64,000 nucleotides of DNA from Pseudovirgaria hyperparasitica (Eukaryota), in the NCBI GenBank assembly GCA_010093815.1, contig ML996584.1. The stretch is one strand, 5' to 3'. The notes below the pieces were generated by a model. It did not search any database. It was given only the letters and a program-made list of their open reading frames with translations, and was not told the DNA's origin. Shown here piece after piece: positions 13,446 to 25,667 of the stretch; the stretch's first letter is position 1, and the number at the start of each line of letters is the position of its first letter. Made by a program: the position numbers and the translations under genes.

Positions 13446-14615
13446 AGATCCTCGCGAAGCACGACGGGTCAACAAATATTCCATTGTACGTCAAAGTAGC
13501 AATTCAGATCAAATTACCGTATATACTTAAAGGAGTGAACCAAATGTCTTCAAATGCCCCAGCAGAAGTGTAGTGCCTTTCCTAATTGACGAAGTGTCAA
13601 ACGCTTCGCTGTATTAAGCAGAACATGATACTGGCACGTACTATGAGTAAATGTGCTAGGCAGGTAGGAATGTGGTAGGAATGTCTAAACTCACAGACTC
13701 TCTCCCTTTAGTTTTGAGCTCCGCCGGTCGCCGCCACGTAAAACTTTCCACCACGAACCAGATGACTGGCCACATCAGTGCCCTCATCTTGGTCTTCGTG
13801 TTCTCCAAACACAAACTTGCTTTGCGAGCGCCAGGTTTGCGAGCTTGCTTGGGTTTGGGGGTACCCGGATCGGTTGGTCAAGAACGCAAGATCAAAATCT
13901 TGCCGTTCGGAAATCAGTTCAGGTCGGGGAGAAGACATGGTGAGGGCAGTATAGATCTTGTGATGTTAGGTACGAAATTTAATGATCTCTTTAAACACAA
14001 ATAAAGCAGAACGAGTTGTGTTGAGGCACATTTATCGTGAGGTCATACCCACTTATATAGATAGTCATAGGACTCAATGTCCAATTGGAAAGCCATGCCA
14101 CAAGTCTGGACTCGATCAAGGGTAGCAATCAGCCCTCATATGGAGTGTGATCTCCCGGGAGTTCACTGTATCGGTAAAACTAATGACTCTCCTTATCTCG
14201 CTCAGATAGTTTATTGAATGACAAATTCCATTCATTTGAGCTCCTGAATGGACGGCAGATAAAGCACATAATCACTCGAGCCGTTGTCATCTGGACACCT
14301 TACATGGGGAAAGAAACCAAGCAGGGGTTTAGGACAGATATGGAGCGGTGATGTAAAGCCACAAAAGCAATGAGATAACGCTATATGACTGGCAGGTGTA
14401 TTGCGATGGAGTAGATCTCCAGATAACCCAGAGTCCGAGTAAGTGAAGTTAGATACAGAGGAATCGACGATCGAAGCAACAGCGTACTACAGATATATCT
14501 AATCATTCGGTAAGTTCCAATTCTTATTAGGCCGATCATCTTGGCGAACGTGCGCTATTCCCATCCTTCCCAATTAGATAACTACTTCATAAGTCGAACT
14601 CGAGACACAGTAGAG

Positions 14616-15449
14616 TTAGGCCAAGCTTCGCAATTGGCAAGTGCTGTTCTTCTCTATCTGATCAATCAGAGAGCAGATAACAGCCTCAGCTACCTGCGCG
14701 CCAACTTTGATATCTTTTGGCTCTATTTTCTTCCCAGCATGGTGTAAGAAGGTAACCCTTGAATCTTCATCTCGCGTGTATAAAGCTGCGAGACTTGTGT
14801 AGAAAATAAATTCACAATACAAAAGCCCTGCGTCTGTTGACGATTTAAAAGGTACGTCCTGGATCGGTAAGAACGTTGAGACCGAAGCTAGCCATGACAA
14901 AAACGACTTACCGGGAGATCTTGATTGACCTGACGTACTATATGTTCAATGTCAAACATGGGCTTCAGGACTTCTGGCAGGCCCTCCCATCTCCCTCCTT
15001 TACCGCCATTATGTTTTGGTAACGGGACTCCATCGTCACCGACCCAATCATAACCATCTCGACGAGCAACCCTCTCAATCTGCCAGTACTCATCAAAATT
15101 CATGCCCAGATGGAGCATGGCATCAATGTATATCTTGTCTCCTTCTTCGCAATCTTCATCGTAGACGCGCTTCTGGCCGTTCCACATCTTTGGAATAATA
15201 TCCATATCGGTAATGACGTTTCTAAAGTCCTTAGGAAATTTTATGATGGTAATAGGAATCCTGTGGTTTCGCTCAATACGAGTTGGTAGCATATCTTTCA
15301 CATCTTGCGTAGGATTTCGCTCATATTCCTTGAAGGGCTACATATCTTTGCTATCAGTTCTAGAACGAAATCGAGATTCGAAAGCTTTAAATCCTGAAAC
15401 TTACCGCTGCTCCTGTCACGACGACCTTGTATTCCTTCTTGCGAGCCAT
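14616..15449 (-). CDS. Pyroglutamyl-peptidase I-like protein (peptidase C15)
   Basis: Spliced start MARKKEYKVVVTGAA|PFKEYERNP (intron 15338-15404); LHLG, IERVARR (Glu), STDAGLLYCEFIFY (Cys) and FLH (His) motifs; second intron near 14860-14911. Confidence 0.82.
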
Positions 15450-16008
15450 TTTCAGGACTTCGATTATGAGAATAAATATTCAATAGATCAGGCAACGAGT
15501 CTGTAGTGACCACACCCATAGTGAGACCGTACTCGAGGCGCGCAAGCGGACAAGGCTAATCCTACGGAACGGGATCTGGGATCGATTCATGACAGTCTAC
15601 CGCATCCCACTAGCGCGCCTCGCGCACGGTCTCAAGAAGGTTGGTGCGTGGAGCCCGCCACCTTACAAAGAGAGTCAGATTCTTAGTAGACAAACGACGA
15701 ATTGACTTGGCGGTTAGTTTTACAGCTCAACTAGCTTGACAGTGTTTTGTTTGCCTTCTTATTGCATATTCATCGTCTACGTGGACCAACCATATCTCCC
15801 TTACTTATCATCCATTCTGCACGCGGTAATGATATCTTATGGAGCCAGCTGGAATTTCGTCCATGAGGCTGCAGAACCGGAATTGGCCGAGAAAGCTCTC
15901 CAATGGTATGATTGAAAAGTTCGTCGCTACAATTTTGCACGTGGTCATCAGTGTCATTAAATTCATGTTTGGTTTGGTAAACTAGAAGATGCAGCTTCAG
16001 ATCTCACG

Positions 16009-17088
16009 ATGCACCCTCTCAATGATGATATCGACACGAATATTGATTTTATTGCCAACGATCCTCTGTATGTGACCGAAAAACCTTTTGTCATGCACCC
16101 TCTTTCTAGAGGTGGTTTCGAAAAGGCAGGAATAAAAACTTCAAACGTGCAGTGGGACAGCCAATTTGTTACAGTCGAAAGCATGCGTGGTAGAGAAGAC
16201 ATAAGCCTTGAGACGAATGGATTTTGCTACGTCGACCACACATCGATATGCATCCCAAGAGAAGGGTCGGAGCCGGAAGCAGCTGCAAGCTACTGTAGAG
16301 AAAGCGAAGAGTTGCTCAAAGATTTTTTCAAAGCAGAATACGTTCATTGCTATGATTTCAAGGTTAAAGGGCACAACCAACACATATGAGACATATACTG
16401 ACTCATTTCAAGATGCGAAAGAATACTCCTATGATATTAGAGGAATATGACCCAAACGACCGCATGCTCGTGGAAGGAGCTGCAGTCGGAGCACACGTTG
16501 GTATAAAATTCACGATCCTCGTTTGGGCTATGACTGATCGTCGGCAAGATATATCCATCGACACGGTTGCTGCAATGATTCATCGGATTCTTAGGAAACA
16601 AGAGAGATCGGAATATCTCAAGCCCGATTATCGTTTTCGGCTAATCAAGTAGGTTTCTAAATAGAGTGAAACAATATCTTGCTAAGCAGATATGCCAGCA
16701 CGTGGCGTTCGACCTTACCAGAATGCCAAGATAATCCACTCGCACTCTGTGACTACTCTACTATAGAGGGCTGCGATCTCGTTGCTACTGACAGGGTGTA
16801 CCCTACATGGGTACAGGAGATCTACCACCTGAAATATAACAAGAACCAAAAGTGGTACTGGTTGCCAAAACAACGTGCTAACGAACCGTTTCTATTCGTG
16901 ACCTACGATAGTCATGCCGGTTCAAATGCAAGATGTGAGTCACCTGGGACCCATTCTAAACAACTGCGGCTGACTGTAGTGTGGACTGTCCACATATCTC
17001 AATACAAAACCCCCGTGCTGGGCCGAAAGTACCACCTCGAGAAAGTGTTGAGACTCGCAATTTGATCGTGACTAGACTTAACAATTAA
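16009..17088 (+). CDS. CmcJ/AsaB-like protein (GA4 desaturase/hydroxylase-like family), multi-exon
   Basis: SLETNGF, AHV|D, NPLALCDYST, WYWLPKQ, YDS, CPH and PRESVETR motifs across five exons. A possible extra upstream exon starts at ATG ~15839. Confidence 0.82.
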
Positions 17089-18141
17089 TTCGGGCGGGGA
17101 CGATCACGCTCAAATAGCTGTGGATATGAGATAGCTATTTGCCAGGACAAATGTCTTAATGACGGGAACGAGAGATTTTCCATTGTGCAATCCTCAACGC
17201 ACGTAAATGTCCTTGATGGTCAGTGATCATCGAAGGAGTAAGCTTGTTAAGAGTTACACATGTACAGCCTACTCGGTGACGCTCTCGATCATCTCGATCC
17301 ACATTCCTTAGTTCTAGAAAGAGTAAGAAGGCACTACATTACAGCCATGGACTTCCAAGGAGTTCTCAAAAGTAATTGCCTAGCCCATGTTCACTAATTA
17401 AAACAAGTGTTACTTCTACCAAAGAACTATCTATATGGACAAGTCCGTGATTAGCAGCCGTCATAGGCAATCTACCAGCCAGATTCATTCCTCGTGTGAT
17501 GTTGTTCCTATCAGAACCATGTTCATGCTGCTCGTCTCATTTCATACATCCTGATTATAAGTACTAAACAGTATCGTATTCAGTTGCTGAGCCACAAAGA
17601 AACTTATAGGCTTCTTACCAAGACCCTATCATCATAGAGGCGTTCCGAGTACTTTCCGCTCTCATGGCGACGTAGAACGGCTAACCTACCGTCCGAAGCC
17701 TTGCGAGGTGCGCTCGATTCGTTGCAGAACACAGCCGAAGTGCAGTGATTGTGATCCAATTTAGGTCTAATAACACAGCGGCTTGATGACGTGCCTAAAC
17801 ACTCCACATCGAACAACTCGCGTGTCGCGAGGCTGTGCGTCAACTTGGGTTACAAGAGAACCCACAAGACTGTCGCACTCATAAATAGAACACACTTACG
17901 CATATAAGAGGGTTTATACATACCCGTTTTCGTGGGCGTCCACACCATCTTCTCTGACCTGTCGCCATTTTATTGAGTAGACAGCGGGATATTTCGAACC
18001 TCGTAAATATTCAGAACGCTGTTACGACTTTCCAGGTTATCATCGGCATCGGCCTAATAATGTGCGGTAAGAACGGATGGTACACCATGACAATAACATC
18101 GTTCTTAACGAATTAGCAAGGCGCTACAATTGGATCCATTA

Positions 18142-18603
18142 GTAACTTTTTAGTATAACTCTTAGTAAGGGTCGCGCGTAATATAATATTTTCTTATAAT
18201 CTTAAAATATTATATTATCTTTAATATCTCTAGAGTTAGAGCTATAGGAAGTTTTTTAATAATATCTAAATATACTTCTATATAGACTCTAACACTATAC
18301 TCTATATAAGAAATATAAGAAAAAAGAATAAGTAAGTAAGTTATTCTAAAAGAATCTCTATTTATCTCTTTAAGATATCTACTCTTTAAAGATTTTTTAG
18401 AATAACTTATTTATTAATTTTTTTTCTCTTATCTTTTATATATAAAAAGTAAGGGTCTATATAGAAGTATATTTAGATATAAATAGAAAGCTTCCTAGAG
18501 TCTTAATTCTAGAGTTAATAAAGAATATATTATTTCTTCTAAAAAGGGGGTTTAGGTGGAAAACGCGCGGAACACGTGCCAAGAGTTGCGCTGAAAAAGT
18601 TAC
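18142..18603. mobile_element. ~460-bp foldback/MITE-like element (long inverted repeat), RIP-mutated
   Basis: Arms of about 215 bp around a ~30-bp loop (~18358-18389). Perfect 26-bp inverted match 18262-18287 / 18455-18480. Ends GTAACTTTTT... and ...AAAAAGTTAC. Confidence 0.8.
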
Positions 18604-18706
18604 GGAGGAAAGGATGCCTAATTAATCTTGGCGGGACCCTACTGTACCGTACCCAGCATTGAGATCTTCCAACTTTGAGCTCTGTGAACTTCATATGCTA
18701 CTGATA

Positions 18707-19480
18707 ATGGTCGGTAACGTTACTATTCGGCCTGCTCAGCGCGCCGACATTCCTACGCTGGCTCATATCGCTAATGCTGCAAACGCAAAATCGATTCTCC
18801 ACAGACGCATAGCACCATATCAGGTCCAGTACCCAATAGACTACTATCAGTGGCGGCTCAAGATCATCCGTGAGCGTTTCGCACAGCCAGATCTCCGCAC
18901 TATCGTCGCTGAAGACCCGTCCACCGGGGAAATTCTTGGCTCGGGAGCCTGGCTTGTAGAAGGCTCAGATACAGCACTGTACAAGAGGTGGGTCGGCGAA
19001 AGCACATGGGCGAATTGGTTGGAAAGTAGATTGGTCTGGGTCGAGCGGAAATGGTGTCGCTACATCACAGACAGGAGCATAGACTATGAGTTTCTAAACA
19101 ACTTCATGGCTGCCATCGTACGCAGTGGTAGATCTGCGCGACCTGCTTGCCTCCACTGCCATTTAATCGTTGTCAATCCGGCCATACAATCTAGAGGCGT
19201 GGGCCGTATGATTATCAATTGGGCTATGGAGCTGGCTGTGAGGGAAGATCTCCCGATATACCTAGAGGCCAATCTCGAAGCAACGGGCTTCTATGAGAAG
19301 CTCGGCTTCTCAAAGTTGAGCAAGGACGTGATCGTGCATGCGACTGGACAAGGAACCTTCCACATACCAGCGTATGTCTGGGAAGGTGAGGACCGGAAGG
19401 GGCGCTGGCTAGAACGAGACGCTAGCTTCGATGGCACAGAGGAAAGATGGAACTGGAAGGACGATGTGCTGTCGAAGTAG
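18707..19480 (+). CDS. GNAT family N-acetyltransferase
   Basis: TIRPA N-terminus, acetyl-CoA motif A VNPAIQSRGVG, LPIYLEA and GFYEKLGF; single exon. Confidence 0.9.
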   Translation: MVGNVTIRPAQRADIPTLAHIANAANAKSILHRRIAPYQVQYPIDYYQWRLKIIRERFAQPDLRTIVAEDPSTGEILGSGAWLVEGSDTALYKRWVGESTWANWLESRLVWVERKWCRYITDRSIDYEFLNNFMAAIVRSGRSARPACLHCHLIVVNPAIQSRGVGRMIINWAMELAVREDLPIYLEANLEATGFYEKLGFSKLSKDVIVHATGQGTFHIPAYVWEGEDRKGRWLERDASFDGTEERWNWKDDVLSK

Positions 19481-20305
19481 ATTTCCCGCCGATTCGTTCC
19501 AAGCTTTTTCAGAGTTTAATACCCCATTCAATAGTAATCAAAAGCCATCATAACTCGACAGTATGGTGACATCGAATATTGAGAGAGACTAAGACCAGAC
19601 CAGCCTAGAAGATCTCAGTCAGTTCATGCCTGCGCCAAATACTGTAGGATTAGAGGACATTTATGTCTATGAATTACTCATGTAGAGTTCCCTATTGGAT
19701 GACGGATCGTCACCCTAAGTGGTATATATTAGGTACGTCGTAAGTACATCATTTTAGCAACTGCTGACTCTCAACTAATGAATCTAGTTAGATTATGAAG
19801 AACCGTACACTACTCATGTGAACTATGAACTTACATTGGACCTGTTATGGTATATTGTGAAGCAGTGACAGTGTAATCAGGAGAGAAATATCTGCCTTGC
19901 ATCATAGAGAATATATACTGTATTCCGTCAAGGCTATTCCGTGAAGGATACTCCCTTCTTTCCGTAGGCTTATGCCTTTTCGAGTACCTTTTTCGTCTCT
20001 TAGACATGTTATGCACTCGAATTTAAGAGCTTGGCTTTGCTATAGTACACGCACATTCGCGGTTTATGATAACTATCTACATATAGTTATTACATAGCAC
20101 AAGCCTCAAGCTTCAAGAAAATAGACGCATCAATCGGGCCGGCCGAAAAGAATACATCATCCGTACCGGCCGGCACGCACCTATATACCCGAACACAGCC
20201 AGTGCAAGAGATACGGCGGAAGAATTCGTAAAGAGCGTCGTAACAAAGAATCAGGCCTCGGGCAATATCATGACAGATCTTCGTTCTCTTCTTGGGCCCA
20301 CCAGT

Positions 20306-21499
20306 CTACTGCTTAGACCCGGCTTTATCCTTGCAATACGGCCATGAGTTTTCTCGTCCAGGGTTGTACGAGCCACCAGGCGTCTCCGAGTCCTTGCTGG
20401 TGTCTTCGTTCGCATCGTTACTGCCGTTGTCATGAGCTCCTTCGGTATCCTTACCAGCATTAGTAGGAGGAGCACCTGAAGTCGGGGTAGGTGAAGGCTT
20501 CCCGGAATACTGGTCAGGAGTAGATTCTGACGGAACATGGGTGGGTACAGGTGGCGCATTAGATGGCTTCGCATGCGGGTGTCCCATTGGCGCTTTTGGG
20601 GCGTCTGAGCCAGGGTTGTATTCGTCGGAGGGAACATGAGTAGGGGCTGGTGGTGAATTGGATTGCTTAGCAGGTGGGTGTCCCATGGGTGCTTTTTGGT
20701 TGTCTGAGCCAGGGCTGTACTCGTGAGATGGAGCAGGAGTTGGGCTGGCGGGCTTCTTCGATGTGATGAAGGTCATCGGAGCAGGTTTGTATTCTCCAGA
20801 GTCTGAATCGGGGGATGGGTCACTTCCAGTGTCCATCTTTTTAACGGACCAATCTGCGCCTGGTGCCGCCCATTGCTCATTAATCCTGCCGGTCAACTCC
20901 CATTTGACACCTCTGATGACGTCGTTCTTGTTGTTCCCTGGATGATGATGGATATCCGCAAACGCGTCAATCATAATGTCGATGGAGGATGGCGACTACG
21001 ACATGTAAAGTTAGGGATATTAATATGGCAGAGAGGTGCGGACAGAATGTACCTTCACCCACTTCTCATCAAAACCGTCCCCGATATACATTAGCTTCGA
21101 CTTCCCCGTTTGAGGATCAGTGACTTTGGCCTCGAGGCCACAGTACTTCTTAGTTATATGTCTCCATTTCTCGGGGTCCGAATTGTATGTTGCACCGCCC
21201 ATTCTTCTAAGAGACTAACTCTCTATTAGTACAGTCCGAGTGGCATCTATTGGTATACTAGATATAGCGAATAGACAACATACCACCGCAATGATCGGAT
21301 CGCTGTTGGAGTATTTGTATCCGCACCAACTGTTTCCATTCGTAGCGTCCTGGTCTGCGTCTGCACGGAACCATGAGCCGATTCCAGTCTGTGGCCCAGC
21401 GAAGAAGTCGTGGTCCATCTGAACAGCGTACGTGGCGGTGGCAGCCAGTGCCGACCCTGTTAGGGAAATAAGAGCGAGCGAGCCCGATAGCGAAAACAT
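20306..21499 (-). CDS. Secreted RlpA-like double-psi beta-barrel (barwin/expansin-like) protein with Pro/Ser-rich tail
   Basis: Signal peptide MFSLSGSLALISLTGSALA; GIGSWF, SWCGYKYSNSDPIIAV, YCGLEAKVTDP and IGDGFD motifs; two introns; low-complexity C-terminus. Confidence 0.75.
20529..20727 (-). repeat. Two-copy 99-bp (33-aa) coding tandem repeat
   Basis: GGAACATG at 20532/20631 and GTCTGAGCCAGGG at 20603/20702; peptide EY.PGSD..KAPMGHP.AK.SN.PP.PTHVPS occurs twice. Confidence 0.85.
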
Positions 21500-24400
21500 C
21501 CTCGCAAGTCACAGACGTGGAGCGAAAGAAGAAGAGATTGAAAAGAAGATAGTGAATGTGGCTGCCAATATGAGGGCAAGATATATAAAAAGAGAAACGG
21601 GGAATTGAAGAGAACGGCTTTGGTATCCTTAAACGAGGGTGAACACGTAGTCGTTGCCATCACACAAGATGGACGCTCACGCCGACATATATACCTTTTC
21701 TTGTGCAATGAACCTCAAAATGCTTGTATCCCGCGTACCTTCCTCGTCTCCAAGCTTCTCCATTCGGCCCGAATGTGCCTGACCTTCCTAGCATCTGGAC
21801 TTGGAAGAAAGGAGTGGGGTTTCGTTTCGTTTCTGTGGGACCCTCTTCATCTGACAAGGAGCCTAGAGTAGGAATAAGCGCGCGTTATACATGTTAAGGA
21901 CCAAGACCTAGCGAATCAGAGGCTGTCTTTGGACAATTGATAAGTCCTGTAGTAGATTTCTGACGCCCTACCAGCTTCCTAGGCTTCTACCCATGGGCAC
22001 ATCCACATCATAATAGAGTGAGTGAGAATACTGACATGCTATCTGCATTATCGCATACCTGATACATCGAAACGTAGAGATGGTTTCGAGACCCGGCGAA
22101 TAAACTACACGCATGTCGCAGCGAGTCCACCATTGGTTGTTAGACGGTCCACCCAGACCGAGACCTAATTTAGAATACAGAACTGCAGGGAGATCCATTC
22201 CAAAAATTGTGCTCACGACTCGAAGACATACAAGTCCCATATGTGGGTCTGTCATCGGGTTGATTTGCTGATCTACCTACACTATTATGCGCTTGGCATG
22301 TCTAATGTCTTGTATACGTGAGATTGTAGACCCCCACAATAATGCAGTGATGGATGAAACGCCGGGAAAGTTCCCTATAAGAGGTCTAGTTAGCCCGAAG
22401 CCCAGGCCGTTTCGACTATTAGTATCAAGCGCGGCGCGGCGCATCGGCACGCATGCATCGTTCCAAGCGGCGCATCCTCGCGATCATTTTCTAGACAAAA
22501 ACCTAACGCGTTTGAACTTGTTTCCGATAGTGGGGAGTCCGCATCCTTCGAATTCCAGGAAGCTTGTTCGTTCGATGGAAAGCAAATGCAGGACCGTTGG
22601 ACAAAGCGATGGCTCCGTTCAGTCGGGGAAAAAGTATCCACAAGTCAGGACAAGCAAGTTGGACAATTCAAGCTTTGACTTCACCCTCACGAGCTTATGA
22701 AAAGATATAGTATATGGGGTAGTAATAGTATTTACTGAGCCTGCAATGCTTTACTAAATCTAGTAATTCGATTGACTTCAATGCGCTGAAACAGGTATTG
22801 ATCTGATACTTCATGCAGTACCTAGGGAATGGATGTTTCAAGATCGAAGGCGATGCAATCCTATGGTGCCCAGATGTCGCCCCGCGCTATGTACCTACAT
22901 CGTACAGGTGTATGTCTAGACCCGACTATACGAGGCGTAACGCAAGTAATCGTTCGGCTTCCACGAACTGATTGAGTCATGTAAGGCTGAGCTCGTGCCG
23001 GTATGGGGACCTTCCTGAGCGGAGGTCGAGTTGAAACGAATTATCCTTCCGGTTTAATGTTAGCGAGCTCCAAAACAACGTGGATAACGGGCCTTTAGGA
23101 GTTATGTATAGCCACTCTGCGAAACACCATTTTTTGAAGATACTTCAAGTAGTAGCCTCTAGATTTAGGACTATGTCACTAGTATTCTTTCTCTCGTTAA
23201 GAACGACCGGGTGGCACAAGACAGTTCTAGCAGGTTTCATGGGTCTTCTTTTTTGCTTCAAATCAATGAAACTTGTTCCTATAGAATGATGATGAGTAGG
23301 CGTTATCGAGTCCTCTAGATACTGCTAGTATGAGTCATGATCCACGCTGATGGGGTCGGGATATACACCAATCTCAATCCACGGCGGTTTATCATAGTTC
23401 TAATTCTACGAGAGGTGAGAAAGATTGGTGAACTCTTCGTTGCAATCTCTTACCCTTCTTAGGGGGTAATCAGAAATCAAAGTCCCTAGGAAGACTAACG
23501 AGCTTGATTCTCCCCTGTGTCGCACAGGCAAATTCCACTAGTATCAGCGGGTCGATTTAGCAGTGTCTCTCCTGATGAGCCAAGTGCATTCCGGCGGATT
23601 GGTAGAAAAAAATCGGTTTCCTCAATTGGGAGAAGCCGTCTAACGCTCCTTTCAAGCTCGATGATTGCCACGTCTAGCATCATATAATCAGACCCACCAG
23701 TACTATCATGAGTTAGGAACGTATATATCCTAGTCCAGCATACTATTATGACAAGTCCCGCACCCGCACAATATAGGCACGAAAGACTCTCAGCTCTACA
23801 CGACCTGTCCCGACAGCCAAGCTCCATGGACATTGCCTTGAACCCTACGCACACATGCATGCAGCACATAGACGGCTGCGTGGCCGGTGCCGCTGAGACA
23901 TAGCACTAACACGCAGGTGTGAATGGAACTATAGCTATTAGTTATTGAGTATGGTCGGGTTTTGGTAAGTTCCAGATTGACGATTCGATGGCTCAAGGGA
24001 AAACATGAATACGATCCGGGAGTTTCCAAGTCCAAGTTCTACTTTATGGGCCAGGCGCTGAGGCGTCGCTGTACTGAGTGTGTCAGTAGGCCCTCGGATA
24101 GAAATGGAAGTTAGAGTGGGAAAGAAGACCGAGGAGGATATAACGCTTCCAGCGAACTCGTGCTGCTGAACATGCTGTGTGATGCTTAGTGTACAATGCG
24201 CTGTCTCTACATCGATAAAGGTTCGAAATAGCTGCCCAAGTGATGTATTTGCTTAAAAGTATCAATTATGAAAAGCAACAGTGGCAGATGAAGGAGCGTT
24301 AGTCCATGAATGCGGTGGATTCGGTTCGGGTAATTGTACAGAATGAAGAAACAGGCCAGTAAGGTGCAAGTCAGACTGAGATGCGGATGCTGAAGCGAGA

Positions 24401-24995
24401 GACGATGTTTATGTCAGTATCAGGGGGCTTGTGAATTTTGGGATATTGAGTGTGCAAGCGAGGATCACGATTTGGGTATGCGTCAGACGGGGCTAATTAC
24501 CTCCCAAGCCTGGTCATGCACTGAGCAAGGAAACGAAAGTGGAAAGAACGCCAGGGCCGGCGGGAAGGAAACTTTCAACCTTGAAAGCTGGAGAGCGTCG
24601 ATGGGAGTCTGGTCTAACGTTCACGGTGATTCTAAAAGCAATTTGGAAATGAGGTTGGACGAAGATTGAAATAGTTCATTTCATGTCCAGCGCGGTAACG
24701 CCGATCTAATAGGACTTCTATTCGACCACGACCGTGATGTGAGTTTTGATGACATAAAACTCAGACACATGTGAATCCCTCTGTGCGCCGTCATGCGCCT
24801 GGCTCCACTACATAGTACTCCTGCAATGCTGCGACCGTGACCCTGAAGGGTAGGGTAGGGTATATACATAAAGGGAGAGGAGAAGCTATGCGTCCAAGGG
24901 ACGCTGTGTTGTTTCAAACATCTAAAAGTGCATGCTGTCGTAGCCGCCGTGATTCGTCTAGGGCAAGGTGGAGAGACGAGAGCTGAGGTGAAGGT

Positions 24996-25667
24996 TCAAC
25001 CATACATCCAATACTCGGTCGCGTACTTGACTTCCTGGGCGCCAGGCTTATTCTCGCAGCTGTTGGCCTTGCCGCCCGCAGTCTCAACACGGTACACAGC
25101 CGTCAAGCCGACACTGTTGCCATTGTCTGCAAGGTAAAGCCAGTCGACGGCACCATTAGGTGGCATCCCAGCGAAAGCACCCGCGGGAGCAGCCACGTTC
25201 GCCTTCTTGGCAGCCTTGACGAGCGGCTTAGGACTGACGCTGGCACCACTGAGTTCGAACGTTGGGACACCCGAAGCGTCAAAAAAGTGCTTGCCGATGA
25301 CGTTCGCATAGCCAGCAACTTTGACGTATCCATCGAGGACATTCTGGCCCATGGTGTAGGCGCCAAGGGCGACGGGAGGAGTGCATTGGATCTTCTCCTT
25401 GGAGAAGGGGTCGTTGGCAACGCTGGACATGTCGTAAAGAGTAGCAACGGCACCGACGGCAGTGGCGAGGGTTCCTGCAGCGCCATCTGCGCAAGTGTAG
25501 TTCTGAGTGCCGACACCAAGTATGATGTACTTGAGCTTGAGACCACTGGCGGGAGCCGGGAGAGTACTTTCTGGTAGAACTATGCTGTCAAGATCACGCT
25601 TGGCTGGGGCGGCGAGAACAATAGAGGAGAGGGAGGCGGCAGCCAGGAGAATGCCGAGGAATAGCAT
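24996..25667 (-). CDS. Secreted DUF3455-family protein (often mis-annotated 'malate dehydrogenase')
   Basis: Signal peptide, GVGTQNYTC, GAVATLYD, GKHFF, AVDWLYL, VYRVETAGG and YATEYWMYG motifs. Confidence 0.88.
   Translation of the reverse strand: MLFLGILLAAASLSSIVLAAPAKRDLDSIVLPESTLPAPASGLKLKYIILGVGTQNYTCADGAAGTLATAVGAVATLYDMSSVANDPFSKEKIQCTPPVALGAYTMGQNVLDGYVKVAGYANVIGKHFFDASGVPTFELSGASVSPKPLVKAAKKANVAAPAGAFAGMPPNGAVDWLYLADNGNSVGLTAVYRVETAGGKANSCENKPGAQEVKYATEYWMYG

Noticed and set aside
13708..13938. 76-aa minus-strand ORF within the accessory island
   Set aside because: No recognisable motif or clear splice structure; may be a gene relic but cannot be supported.
19500..20250. TTAC-type Starship right boundary
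   Set aside because: TTAC is too frequent to be diagnostic, and no captain gene or matching left end is in the window.
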